Shown here: positions 51,901 to 60,118 of the stretch, piece after piece
Position numbering within the stretch: position 1 is the stretch's first letter
How the letters are laid out: each line of letters begins with the position of its first letter
From: a virus
Reading direction: 5' to 3' (one strand)
DNA: 64,000 bases
Virus record (IMG/VR): IMGVR_UViG_3300025141_016680
Location: 1 to 64,000 of that record
The notes under the pieces: generated by a model
Told to the model about the DNA's origin: nothing
Databases searched by the model: none
The model's input: the letters and a program-made list of their open reading frames with translations, nothing else
Position numbers and translations under genes: made by a program

Positions 51901-54900
51901 GCACCAAGGTTGAGTGTAACTGATCCATCTGAACCTGTCGTTATGGCAAGACCACCGTGTCCAACCAGATATGGATTTCCATTTGCCAAAGTTGTTAGTG
52001 ATCCACTTAGCTTATCAGCAAAAACTGATCCTGATAGATGCAATTCACTTTGAATAGCTCCGGACACGTAAATATCAGGTGGTGCAACACCTAGCGTATT
52101 TGAACCGCTCAAATCACCAATTGTAATTGATCCTGAATTTAGCTTAATGTATGAACTACCGCTGTGCTGGAGATCAACTCCTGCTGCCCCATCCAGTGTC
52201 AGGGTGCCTATAGCTGTTTCGATCTCTGTTGCGACTGAGGACTCTATAACCTTGGCAGCACTGTTCTTAATTGTACCAGTAAGTGAGAAATCAGAGACTG
52301 AAGATGAGAGATACATTCCTGCAGGTCCAACTGATATAATTGTTGTCCCATTGGCCTGTAAGTTGACACCGGTCTTTCCATCAAGTGTAAGTGCTCCAGC
52401 ATCTGTCTCAATCTCTGTTGCGACTGAGGATTCAATTATCTTAGCGGCACTATTTTTAATTGTGCCTGTTAGGGAAAAGTCTGACACAGATCCTGAAAGA
52501 TAGGTTCCAGCAGGTCCAACTGAAAGAACTGTTGTACCGTTGGCTTGCAAGCTGACACCGGTTTTGCCGTCTAATGTAAGTGCTCCAGCAGCTGTCTCAA
52601 TCTCTGTTGCGACTGATGACTCAATGACTTTCGATGCTGAATTTTTAATTGTTCCTGTTAGAGCAAAGTCTGACACAGATCCTGAAAGATGTGCATTGTC
52701 TGTTGTGTGTAGTTTTGCTGCTGTTAATAAGTTAGAAGTCTTGTTAAATGTTAGACCAGAATCTCCACCAAAAGATCCTCCGTCATTAAACTGAACCTGT
52801 GTATCGTCGCCGCCAACTCCAAGCCCTGTGGCTGAAATTGTCAGAGCTCCGCTTGAGCCTGTGTTAATTGTGATATTTGCACCGGCGATCATGTACTCGG
52901 TGCCGTCGGCTAGTGTTGTTAGAGATCCGCTTATCTTATCTGCAAAGACCGCACCTGAAAGATGCAGCTCACTGAGAATGGCACCTGAGACGTATATGTT
53001 CGGTGGTGCAACTCCAAGTGTCTTTGAGCCACTGAGATCGCCCAGGACAATTGACCCTGAGTTGAGTTTGATGTATGCACTTCCGCTATGTCGTAATTCA
53101 ACGCCTCCGGCGCCATCTACATTAAATGATCCGCCTAGTGTCTTAATTGTGGTTCCAGCAGAAGCCTCTAGTGCAACAGCTGTATCACTCTTTATTGTTC
53201 CTGTGACAAGGAAGTCAGAGACTGATCCAGAAAGATAGACGCCCTTGGGACCAACCGAGAGTATCTGTGTTCCGTTAGCCTGGAGTGAGACGCCTGCCTT
53301 ACCATCTAATGTCAGGGCACCAGCATCTGTCTCAATTTCTGTTGCGACTGAGGACTCTATGATCTTAGAAGCACTGCTCTTTATTGTGCCAGAAAGTGTA
53401 AAGTCAGAAACTGAGCCTGAGAGATAAATTCCCTGTCCGGCGGCTCCAACTGTTACGTTTCTCTGATTATCAATAGCTATTACAGTTGTCCCATCTTCTT
53501 GAAGATTTACCCCAGTTTTTCCATCTAGAGTTAATGCACCGGCATCTGTCTCAATTTCAGTTGCGACTGATGATTCTATGACCTTGGCAGCACTATTCTT
53601 AATGGTTCCTGTGAGTGCAAAGTCTGACACAGATGATGAGAGATAAGTTCCAGCAACCCCAATAGAAAGAACTGTGGTACCGTTAGCCTGGAGATTTACT
53701 CCAGTTTTTCCATCTAGGGTTAGAGCACCTGCATCTGTTTCGATCTCAGTTGCGACTGAGGATTCTATGACCTTTGATGCTGAGTTCTTAATGGTTCCTG
53801 TGAGTGCAAAGTCTGACACAGATGATGAGAGGTAGGTTCCGGCGGGTCCAACTGATAATATTGTTGTTCCATTTGCCTGGAGAGCGACGCTAGATGCTCC
53901 ATCTAGTATGAGTGATCCTGTCGACTCTATTTCTGTTGAAACAGATGATTCGATAACTTTAGCTGCGCTATTCTTAATTGTTCCTGTGAGTGCAAAGTCT
54001 GAAACTGATCCAGAGAGGTGAATCTGTTTACCTGCTGAACCAATTAGTACATTTCTACCTGTGTCAATGACTATTACATTGGTTCCATCTTCTTGGAGAT
54101 TTATCCCAGTCTTACCATCCAGTGTCAGCGCTCCAGAATCGGTCTCAATTTCTGTCGCAACAGAAGACTCTATGATCTTAGATGCACTATTTCGTATTGT
54201 TCCTGTTATTTCTAATCCAGAAACGGATCCTGAGATGTATACACCCTCTGGTCCAACAGAGAGCATTGTTGTGCCATTTGTCTGTAGGTTGACACCGGTC
54301 TTTCCGTCTAGTGTCAGTGACCCAGCATCTGTTTCGATCTCTGTTGCAACAGATGATTCGATGATCTTAGATGTGCTGTTTCTAATTGTTCCAGTTAGCA
54401 AGAATCCTGATACTGATCCCGAAAGATAAACACCTGCAGGCCCAACTGCGAGCATCTGTGTTCCGTTGGCCTGGAGTGCAACGCTGGAAGCACCGTCTAA
54501 TGTAAGCGATCCTGTCGACTCTATTTCTGTTGCAACAGAAGACTCTATAACCTTTGATGCTGAATTCTTGATTGTTCCTGTGAGTGCGAAATCTGATATA
54601 GATGACGAGAGATAGGTTCCTGCTGGGCCAACAGAAAGAACTGTTGTTCCATTGGCTTGGAGATTTACCCCAGTTTTTCCATCTAGAGTTAATGCACCGG
54701 CATCTGTCTCAATTTCAGTTGCGACTGATGATTCTATGACCTTGGCAGCACTATTTTTTATTGTGCCTGTGAGCGCAAAGTCAGAGACAGATCCTGAAAG
54801 TTGAATCTGCTTGCCTGCTGTGCCAATTATTACATTTTGCCCGTTATCAATGGCTATAACTGTCGTGCCATTTTCTTGAAGATTTATTCCTGTCTTACCA

Positions 54901-56237
54901 TCTAGTGTAAGTGCTCCAGCTGTTGTCTCAATCTCAGTTGCTACAGCTGATTCAATTACCTTAGCAGCAGTATTCTTTATTGTTCCTGATAGAACGAAGT
55001 CTGATACAGAGCCAGAGATGTAAATACTGCCAGAGCCAACTGACATCAGCATAGATCCACTAGTCTGTAGAATGACTCCAGTTCTTCCGTCTAGTGTCAG
55101 TGCACCGGCGGCTGTTTCTATCTCAGTTGCGACTGAGGACTCAATTACCTTAGTTGCAGAGTTCTTAATCGTTCCTGTTAGTGCAAAATCTGAAACAGAG
55201 GATGAGAGGTAGAGACCTTTTGTAGCGCCGACACCGATGCTCACATTTCTTTGATCATCGATAGCTATTACAGTTGTTCCGTTTTCTTGGAGATTTATAC
55301 CTGTTTTTCCATCTAGTGTTAGGGCACCAGCATCTGTCTCAATTTCGGTGGCAACAGAAGACTCAATTACCTTAGCAGCGCTGTTCTTAATTGTTCCTGT
55401 TAGTGCAAAATCTGAAACAGAGGAAGAAAGATAAGTTCCAGCAGGACCAACAGATAAAACTGTTGTTCCATTGGCTTGTAAGTTGATTCCTGTCTTACCA
55501 TCTAGTGTCAGGGCACCAGCATCTGTCTCAATTTCTGTTGCGACTGATGATTCTATAATCTTAGATGCACTATTCTTAATTGTGCCAGTTAGTGCAAAAT
55601 CAGAGACTGAGGATGAGAGATAGGTTCCTGCTGGTCCAACAGATAGCACCGTTGTTCCATTAGCTTGGAGATTTACCCCTGTTTTTCCATCTAGTGTTAG
55701 GGCACCAGCATCTGTTTCTATCTCTGTGGCCACTGAGGATTCGACTATCTTGGCTGCAGTGTTCTTTATTGTACCAGTTAGTGCAAAATCAGAGACATTT
55801 CCTGAAATATGCATGTTTCCGTCGAACAGTGATGGTGCAAGTATGTGCATATTTCTTCCATCTGCACCTGAGACAAATAGTCCGTGCTGGATGTATGCGC
55901 TACCTGAAATTGATAGTGAGCCTGTCGATGTTGCATCAATTTCTGCAACAAGCTTCTCTGTATAAAATGTTCCGGAGACTACTACATCTCCTCCGAAAAG
56001 TGTAATGTTTCCTGGATGTGTTGTCCCTGTTCGACCTCTTCCGTCTACTGTGCCTGAAACAAACAGAAAGACATCATCGCCAACACCTTTAAACATTGAT
56101 GTTGCTGAGTATCCACCTTCCAAATTTGAGGCATCTGAGGCACTATAGATCGCAATTGATGCATGGGTTCCAGAAATTGCACCTGACGCTATTAGCTGTG
56201 AAACCCTTATTTGTTTGGCTGAAAAATCCTTTGGCAT
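48939..56237 (-). CDS. Giant repeat-rich tail fibre/whisker protein (2432 aa)
   Basis: About 20 repeats of 62-75 aa and DTQVQFNDGG knuckle-like motifs. C-terminal RWANVYTADLHLKNERGNWTIVEEEDYL resembles marine phage fibre termini. Confidence 0.75.
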   Translation of the reverse strand: MPKDFSAKQIRVSQLIASGAISGTHASIAIYSASDASNLEGGYSATSMFKGVGDDVFLFVSGTVDGRGRTGTTHPGNITLFGGDVVVSGTFYTEKLVAEIDATSTGSLSISGSAYIQHGLFVSGADGRNMHILAPSLFDGNMHISGNVSDFALTGTIKNTAAKIVESSVATEIETDAGALTLDGKTGVNLQANGTTVLSVGPAGTYLSSSVSDFALTGTIKNSASKIIESSVATEIETDAGALTLDGKTGINLQANGTTVLSVGPAGTYLSSSVSDFALTGTIKNSAAKVIESSVATEIETDAGALTLDGKTGINLQENGTTVIAIDDQRNVSIGVGATKGLYLSSSVSDFALTGTIKNSATKVIESSVATEIETAAGALTLDGRTGVILQTSGSMLMSVGSGSIYISGSVSDFVLSGTIKNTAAKVIESAVATEIETTAGALTLDGKTGINLQENGTTVIAIDNGQNVIIGTAGKQIQLSGSVSDFALTGTIKNSAAKVIESSVATEIETDAGALTLDGKTGVNLQANGTTVLSVGPAGTYLSSSISDFALTGTIKNSASKVIESSVATEIESTGSLTLDGASSVALQANGTQMLAVGPAGVYLSGSVSGFLLTGTIRNSTSKIIESSVATEIETDAGSLTLDGKTGVNLQTNGTTMLSVGPEGVYISGSVSGLEITGTIRNSASKIIESSVATEIETDSGALTLDGKTGINLQEDGTNVIVIDTGRNVLIGSAGKQIHLSGSVSDFALTGTIKNSAAKVIESSVSTEIESTGSLILDGASSVALQANGTTILSVGPAGTYLSSSVSDFALTGTIKNSASKVIESSVATEIETDAGALTLDGKTGVNLQANGTTVLSIGVAGTYLSSSVSDFALTGTIKNSAAKVIESSVATEIETDAGALTLDGKTGVNLQEDGTTVIAIDNQRNVTVGAAGQGIYLSGSVSDFTLSGTIKSSASKIIESSVATEIETDAGALTLDGKAGVSLQANGTQILSVGPKGVYLSGSVSDFLVTGTIKSDTAVALEASAGTTIKTLGGSFNVDGAGGVELRHSGSAYIKLNSGSIVLGDLSGSKTLGVAPPNIYVSGAILSELHLSGAVFADKISGSLTTLADGTEYMIAGANITINTGSSGALTISATGLGVGGDDTQVQFNDGGSFGGDSGLTFNKTSNLLTAAKLHTTDNAHLSGSVSDFALTGTIKNSASKVIESSVATEIETAAGALTLDGKTGVSLQANGTTVLSVGPAGTYLSGSVSDFSLTGTIKNSAAKIIESSVATEIETDAGALTLDGKTGVNLQANGTTIISVGPAGMYLSSSVSDFSLTGTIKNSAAKVIESSVATEIETAIGTLTLDGAAGVDLQHSGSSYIKLNSGSITIGDLSGSNTLGVAPPDIYVSGAIQSELHLSGSVFADKLSGSLTTLANGNPYLVGHGGLAITTGSDGSVTLNLGAASNAFGTVAVSGQDDVVADQSGDTITFAAAQNMVITTNATSDTITFTGIAGGGSSTVFNDRGHKATSTGSLSIAGPGLGLIYDTTDVGSDVFFFVSGTAGSRNTSNTGSAVFGGDVIVSGTFYAEKIVAEIDATSTGSLSISGSAYIQQGLLVSGAHGRNMHILAPSLFDGNMHISGSVSDFALSGTIKNSATKIIESSVATEIETDAGILTLDGKTGINLQEDGTTVIAIDDQRNVSIGVGITNGLYLSSSLSDFALTGTIKNSASKVIESSVATEIETTAGVLTLDGKTGVNLQTNGTTILSVGPAGTYLSGNVSDITLTGSIKGTQTHISADSIKVDNSMYLSGSVFADKLSGSLTTLANGSEYLIAGTNVTINTGSSGALTISATGGTPAGSDTQVQFNDGGAFAGDSGLVFNKTSNLLTVAKLATTDNAHFSGSVSDFNLTGTIKNSASKVIESSVATEIESTGSLTLDGASSVALQANGTTILSVGPAGTYLSGNVSDITLTGSIKGTQTHISSDSVLISNNLYLSGTVSEMLITGTLDVDGVLTADGGVKVDNITIDGTEIDLSSGDLTIDVAGDIILDVDGGDVYLKDAGTYPLQFSHGNSGDWNIYNTTQNKDIIFNINDGGTSRDVLRMTGITRPSVIINEDGDQQVDFRVESKNSTHMLYVNGYDDRVGIGIASTGAPYGRLMVEMSASNPSMPENTLNDFTLVLKNRVVGIDEFAGIAFDVSSEIDIDAIGAAIRAERDSSAGTTTTKRDTNLTFATNTDDDADLTERMRITHDGNVFVGEPFAPGTDSIFYVTGVVGSQGSSVKGTSVLGGDAIVSGTFRAAHQVANGVLPPVYTLVASASGEVLIGAPRITGDDTILYVTGVVGSQGSAGLRGTTVLGGDAVISGTLRVGPTGSSAGTLSTAAIFNGDVLPGTHNVYNIGSDATRWANVYTADLHLKNERGNWTIVEEEDYLCVVNNKTGKRFKMMLEEIEE
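50400..55800 (-). repeat. Intragenic coding repeats, consensus YLSSSVSDFALTGTIKNSASKVIESSVATEIETDAGALTLDGKTGVNLQANGTTVLSVGPAGT (boundaries approximate)
   Basis: 19 clear copies and 1 degenerate copy counted by hand in the translation. Confidence 0.92.
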
Positions 56238-56247
56238 CTATAAATCC

Positions 56248-56496
56248 TCAAACACCAAATGTCTTGCTTATTGCGAGCACATTTACCTCACCGCTCCATG
56301 CATTGCTGGAGGAGACTATAATTGTGCTGGCGCCGACACTGTGAATAAAAAAGTTTGGAGCATCTTGTGTGCTCCCAGTGATAATCGGTGAAATTGTGAC
56401 AACAGGGGGTTTATCAAATGCTGTCGTCAGCGTGAAGGTCCCTACCGTAGAATTAGAAAAGCTTGCAATTCCGTGCTCTAGACTGATTTTTGCCAT
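56248..56496 (-). CDS. Small beta-rich fibre-associated protein
   Basis: FTLTTAFDKPPVVTIS resembles H-lectin/gp53-like fibre tip domains. Directly upstream of the fibre gene. Confidence 0.55.
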   Translation of the reverse strand: MAKISLEHGIASFSNSTVGTFTLTTAFDKPPVVTISPIITGSTQDAPNFFIHSVGASTIIVSSSNAWSGEVNVLAISKTFGV

Positions 56497-56504
56497 ATTC
56501 TTCC

Positions 56505-56843
56505 CTATTCCGTAATTAGTATCACATGAAAGTGAACAGCACCGGTAAATTCCTGACTTGCTTCAAATGTTACAAACGTCTTCGTTACAGTGCTAATATA
56601 AATATTGACGTCGGCACCATCATTTGAATCTGTATCAACTGCGATTGCAGTGACAAAGGGAGCAGAGTCATATATTTCAGTAAATGTATGTGTGGCAGAG
56701 CTGGCAGCTGAAAAAGTTAGTGATCCTGCTTCAAGGATTGTTTCTTTCTCTGACACAAAGGAATTTATAGGCTTTCTCCGAATATACGGATAAGTTTTTC
56801 TAAACCTATTGAGGTCTCTCTTTTTAAATGTGGTTCCGGCCAT
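56505..56843 (-). CDS. Small beta-rich fibre-associated protein, probable paralogue of its neighbour
   Basis: GSLTF...HTFTEIYDSAPFVTAIA...FTGAVHFHVI. Confidence 0.55.
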   Translation of the reverse strand: MAGTTFKKRDLNRFRKTYPYIRRKPINSFVSEKETILEAGSLTFSAASSATHTFTEIYDSAPFVTAIAVDTDSNDGADVNIYISTVTKTFVTFEASQEFTGAVHFHVILITE

Positions 56844-56858
56844 GACATTAATCCCAAG

Positions 56859-56868
56859 AGTAAGTATT
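56859..56868 (-). promoter_or_regulatory. Candidate late-promoter element AATACTTACT
   Basis: 15 nt upstream of the first gene of the fibre operon. Resembles the ATATTTATT sites. Confidence 0.3.
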
Positions 56869-56870
56869 CT

Positions 56871-58160
56871 TTAAATTATTCTTGATGCCAATGTTGCCAA
56901 CTTTGACCTCTCTCCCTTGGTTAGGCCAATGTGACCCGCTAGCGGTGCATCCTTAAATTTCTCTATAACAATTGTCAATCCATTAGAGAGACTATCAATA
57001 TAAGGTGTATCAACCTGATCTGTGTCACCCAATAAAACAAGCTTAGAATTCTGCCCCACTCTCGTTATTATTGTCTTTAGCTCATGAATTGTTGCATTTT
57101 GAGCCTCATCAACAATGATAAAAGAATCATTAAATGTTCTGCCTCTGATGTGTGATAGCGGTGCTATTTCTATTTTACCCTTATCCTTCATTAGCTCAAA
57201 GTATGTTACATCAGAAAAAATTTCTCTAAAGTTATCAGCAATTGGAAACAGCCATGGGGCCATTTTTTCGTTTATATCCCCTGGGAGATAACCAATGTCT
57301 CGGCCGACAGGCTGAATTGATCTTGTGATGACAACTCTTTTGTATCTTTCCTCATGTAATCCTGATATCGCTGCAGCAAGCGTTAAATAAGTCTTTCCAG
57401 AACCTGCAATTCCTGTCAATGTAACTAATGGTAGAGATTCTCTTGTTAGAAGATCTAGGGCAAATTTTTGCTCCTTGTTTCTAGGCCTAACAGAAACAGA
57501 CTCACTCACCTCTCCACGAATTTGACAAATTTTATTTCCATGCACTGCACCTAACGCTGATTTATTTGCTGATTTTAAAATTGTAAATTCATTTGGTCTA
57601 AAATCTTCATCAAATATTGAGACGGGTAAGTGACCCTTTTCATAAAATTCATCTATTAGATCATCTGTGTCAAGCAAGATTTCAGTTTGACCTGTATAGA
57701 AGTCTCCCTCCTCAACATAGATTGCATCCTTATAATAGTCTTCTGAAGATATTCCTAATGCATCACACTTAACTCTAAAGTTTATGTCCTTTGTGACAAC
57801 AATTACAGATTGTCTTGTGATCTCAGTTAGTTTAGCTGCTACAGCTATAATTCTATTATCAGCTGCCGATGAATCGAGTCCTGCGGGTACATTTGTGCAA
57901 TGGTTTATCTCAACTCGAATAGTCTGATCATTGGATACTGTAACTCCTTCATGGAGGCTTCCTGCGCTTCTTAGTTCATCAAGAAATCGATTTACATATC
58001 GTGCATTTTCTCCAAGAAGGCCTGGTTTATCCTTAAATCTATCGAGCTCATCTAAGACAACTAGAGGGATAACTACGTCGCTTTCTGGAAATGAGTGTAT
58101 TGAACATTTGTCATAAAGCAGCACAGAGGTATCAATTAAAAATATTTTTCTTTGGTTCAT
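56871..58160 (-). CDS. phoH: PIN-PhoH fusion (PhoH2/YlaK-like)
   Basis: PIN domain FLIDTSVLL...VLDELD...DNRII...VTKDINFRVK. PhoH domain GIAGSGKT, IGYLPG, RGRTF, IVDEAQN, GDTDQVD. Confidence 0.92.
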   Translation of the reverse strand: MNQRKIFLIDTSVLLYDKCSIHSFPESDVVIPLVVLDELDRFKDKPGLLGENARYVNRFLDELRSAGSLHEGVTVSNDQTIRVEINHCTNVPAGLDSSAADNRIIAVAAKLTEITRQSVIVVTKDINFRVKCDALGISSEDYYKDAIYVEEGDFYTGQTEILLDTDDLIDEFYEKGHLPVSIFDEDFRPNEFTILKSANKSALGAVHGNKICQIRGEVSESVSVRPRNKEQKFALDLLTRESLPLVTLTGIAGSGKTYLTLAAAISGLHEERYKRVVITRSIQPVGRDIGYLPGDINEKMAPWLFPIADNFREIFSDVTYFELMKDKGKIEIAPLSHIRGRTFNDSFIIVDEAQNATIHELKTIITRVGQNSKLVLLGDTDQVDTPYIDSLSNGLTIVIEKFKDAPLAGHIGLTKGERSKLATLASRII

Positions 58161-58161
58161 T

Positions 58162-58190
58162 TTGTCAACCTAAACTATTTTGGGTATGAT
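58162..58190 (+). promoter_or_regulatory. Sigma70-type promoter TTGTCA-17-TATGAT
   Basis: Near-consensus hexamers with a 17-nt spacer, 30 nt upstream of the only plus-strand gene. Confidence 0.55.
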
Positions 58191-58220
58191 TATTAAATAC
58201 AACAACTACGGACGCAAACA

Positions 58221-58454
58221 ATGAAATGCTTTGAGGCACATGAAAAGTTTTCTTCATGCTGTGACAAGCAGTCATGTCGCTACTGGATAAACTTTAACAC
58301 TTCACAAAATTGCACACTCCTTGCATCTAGAAGGGGTCCCATGACCCTTCAGGAAATAGGGGATATATTTGGAGTTACCAGAATGCGGATATGCCAGCTG
58401 GAGAAGAGAATAATCCAAAAAATGGAAAATCTCATGGGTGAAAAAATTGATTGA
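58221..58454 (+). CDS. Stand-alone sigma-70 region 4 HTH with Cys-rich N-terminus
   Basis: PMTLQEIGDIFGVTRMRICQLEKRII matches region 4.2. N-terminal C..H..CC..C..C. Confidence 0.82.
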   Translation: MKCFEAHEKFSSCCDKQSCRYWINFNTSQNCTLLASRRGPMTLQEIGDIFGVTRMRICQLEKRIIQKMENLMGEKID

Positions 58455-58500
58455 AAGAAGCTGTTGACTCAACAGTGACTCCTAAAATTAACTATTGGAG

Positions 58501-58713
58501 TCAGGAGTCATATTTTAAATTTTGACCTCTTTCTAAGTCTAAAAATGAACATTCAATTTCTTCTGTTGACAAATCAAGATCATCCTTTAAAATCCACATA
58601 CATCTTTCTATCTGATTAGACTTTTGGGGACTAAACTTTAAGGTTATCTTTTTCTCTGTTGGGATCTCATCATCATTCTGCTTCTTTCCAATTAAAAAAT
58701 CTAATAGCGACAT
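58501..58713 (-). CDS. Hypothetical protein
   Basis: 70-aa ORF with a GAGGTG RBS. Confidence 0.6.
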   Translation of the reverse strand: MSLLDFLIGKKQNDDEIPTEKKITLKFSPQKSNQIERCMWILKDDLDLSTEEIECSFLDLERGQNLKYDS

Positions 58714-58856
58714 TAAACACCTCTATTCATCCATACCCAAAAAGCAATGCAAGTTAAAACAGGCCCTGCCCAACTAAGTACATGATAAGAAACGGCTACT
58801 AGAGAAATAACGCAAGCACCACTAAAAATTTTTTCCCTATCTGTTCTTAGCATCAT
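58713..58856 (-). CDS. 47-aa hydrophobic membrane peptide (below the ORF-track cutoff)
   Basis: MMLRTDREKIFSGACVISLVAVSYHVLSWAGPVLTCIAFWVWMNRGV*. Its stop overlaps the next start (TAATG). Confidence 0.6.
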   Translation of the reverse strand: MMLRTDREKIFSGACVISLVAVSYHVLSWAGPVLTCIAFWVWMNRGV

Positions 58857-58899
58857 GGTACATTTAATACAGCACCGGATAAAAAAGTATATGATTAAA

Positions 58900-60093
58900 T
58901 CACATACCGCCCAATAATGATATTGCTATGAGCCCTGGAACACTCTCATTTACGTAAATTCCAGAAAATAGAGTCTCGGTTCTTCCACCCACATAGGAAA
59001 GTGCTGACTCTAACTTTTTACTAACATCAGGATCTCCTGCCATTACAGAGGTTGCCACAAGTAGCATGGCACCTGTTTTGATAGATCCGGCAGGTTCAGG
59101 ACATGGGGATGACTTGATGCATCCTTGAAACAAAGCTGACCCAAGATCTCTTCTGCTTGGATCTCTTGAAATGGTCGATCCCACTATCATTCTTCCTGGT
59201 GTTCCCAGGCATCTCTCAAGATCCTTAGAGTCAAATGTCTGAATTGGTGAAGACTCTGAGGAAAGCTTTAGAACTTGCGCAATTAGCTTTGCAAAGTTTT
59301 TATTAGCTGATGGATACATGTTTAGCATTCCTACCTTGCCTCTCAGTAGCTGTAACTGTCTCTCATTATCGATGACAATGTGTGGGTGACTTTGCAAACC
59401 CTTTAATGCTGATTCATAATTTGTAGAAATTGTAGGATTGAGCAATTCTTGAGCTGAGGGCTTTGTTAGAATATAAACAACTTTTCCGCTTGCACCACAT
59501 GACTTTAAGTGTCGAGTCATGGAATTATGAAGAACAGAGCACGCACTTCCCGTTCCTCCGCCTCCACCAGCGAGAACAAATATCCAGTCAATAGAGCCTA
59601 TTCTTGTTCTAAGGGCATCCTCTAGTAGAGCACTATTTTCTCCCAGAACCTGTTGCCCAAGATTTACATCTTTTCCAACTCCGTCGGCGCCAGGAATAAG
59701 AAGAAAGTGATCAGGTGGAACTCCATCTGGTTGATCCTTAATAGTGGTATTAACCAAGATTGTTTTGCTGAATCCGAGATCTAGAAAGGCCTTTGCTAGC
59801 TTTCCACCGCCGCCTCCAACACCAATAAAGGCACACTTAATGGCACTTGCAGCAGAATTTTCTGGGAGCATTCTCTCATCATCTTCTGCGGGATCATCAT
59901 CATAAGCTTCAACAAAGTCAAACCCTAGATCATCACCAGGGTTGATGGTGTCATAAAAGCTATCTTCTTTATTTTCTTCTTTTTCAGACATGTTTTTTTC
60001 CTCTTCTGTACTTATAGGTTTCAAATCTTTTGGTGCCTCTAATCTCTTTGAAGTATGTTTATCTCCACGTAAATTTTTTATAGAGGAAGCCAT
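58900..60093 (-). CDS. Tubulin/FtsZ-superfamily GTPase (PhuZ/TubZ-like)
   Basis: FIGVGGGGGKLA, VNT, ADGVGKD, LAGGGGGTGS, IVIDNE, T7-like QTFDSKDL. Start taken at MASSIK, which has a GGAG RBS. Confidence 0.88.
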   Translation of the reverse strand: MASSIKNLRGDKHTSKRLEAPKDLKPISTEEEKNMSEKEENKEDSFYDTINPGDDLGFDFVEAYDDDPAEDDERMLPENSAASAIKCAFIGVGGGGGKLAKAFLDLGFSKTILVNTTIKDQPDGVPPDHFLLIPGADGVGKDVNLGQQVLGENSALLEDALRTRIGSIDWIFVLAGGGGGTGSACSVLHNSMTRHLKSCGASGKVVYILTKPSAQELLNPTISTNYESALKGLQSHPHIVIDNERQLQLLRGKVGMLNMYPSANKNFAKLIAQVLKLSSESSPIQTFDSKDLERCLGTPGRMIVGSTISRDPSRRDLGSALFQGCIKSSPCPEPAGSIKTGAMLLVATSVMAGDPDVSKKLESALSYVGGRTETLFSGIYVNESVPGLIAISLLGGM

Positions 60094-60118
60094 ATGGTCT
60101 CTCCATCCTATCGACTTC

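Noticed and set aside
50400-55800. Regular repeats as a CRISPR array or DGR template/variable pair
   Set aside because: The repeats are in-frame coding units that differ mainly at synonymous sites. There are no unique spacers, no obvious adenine-specific pattern and no reverse transcriptase in the window.
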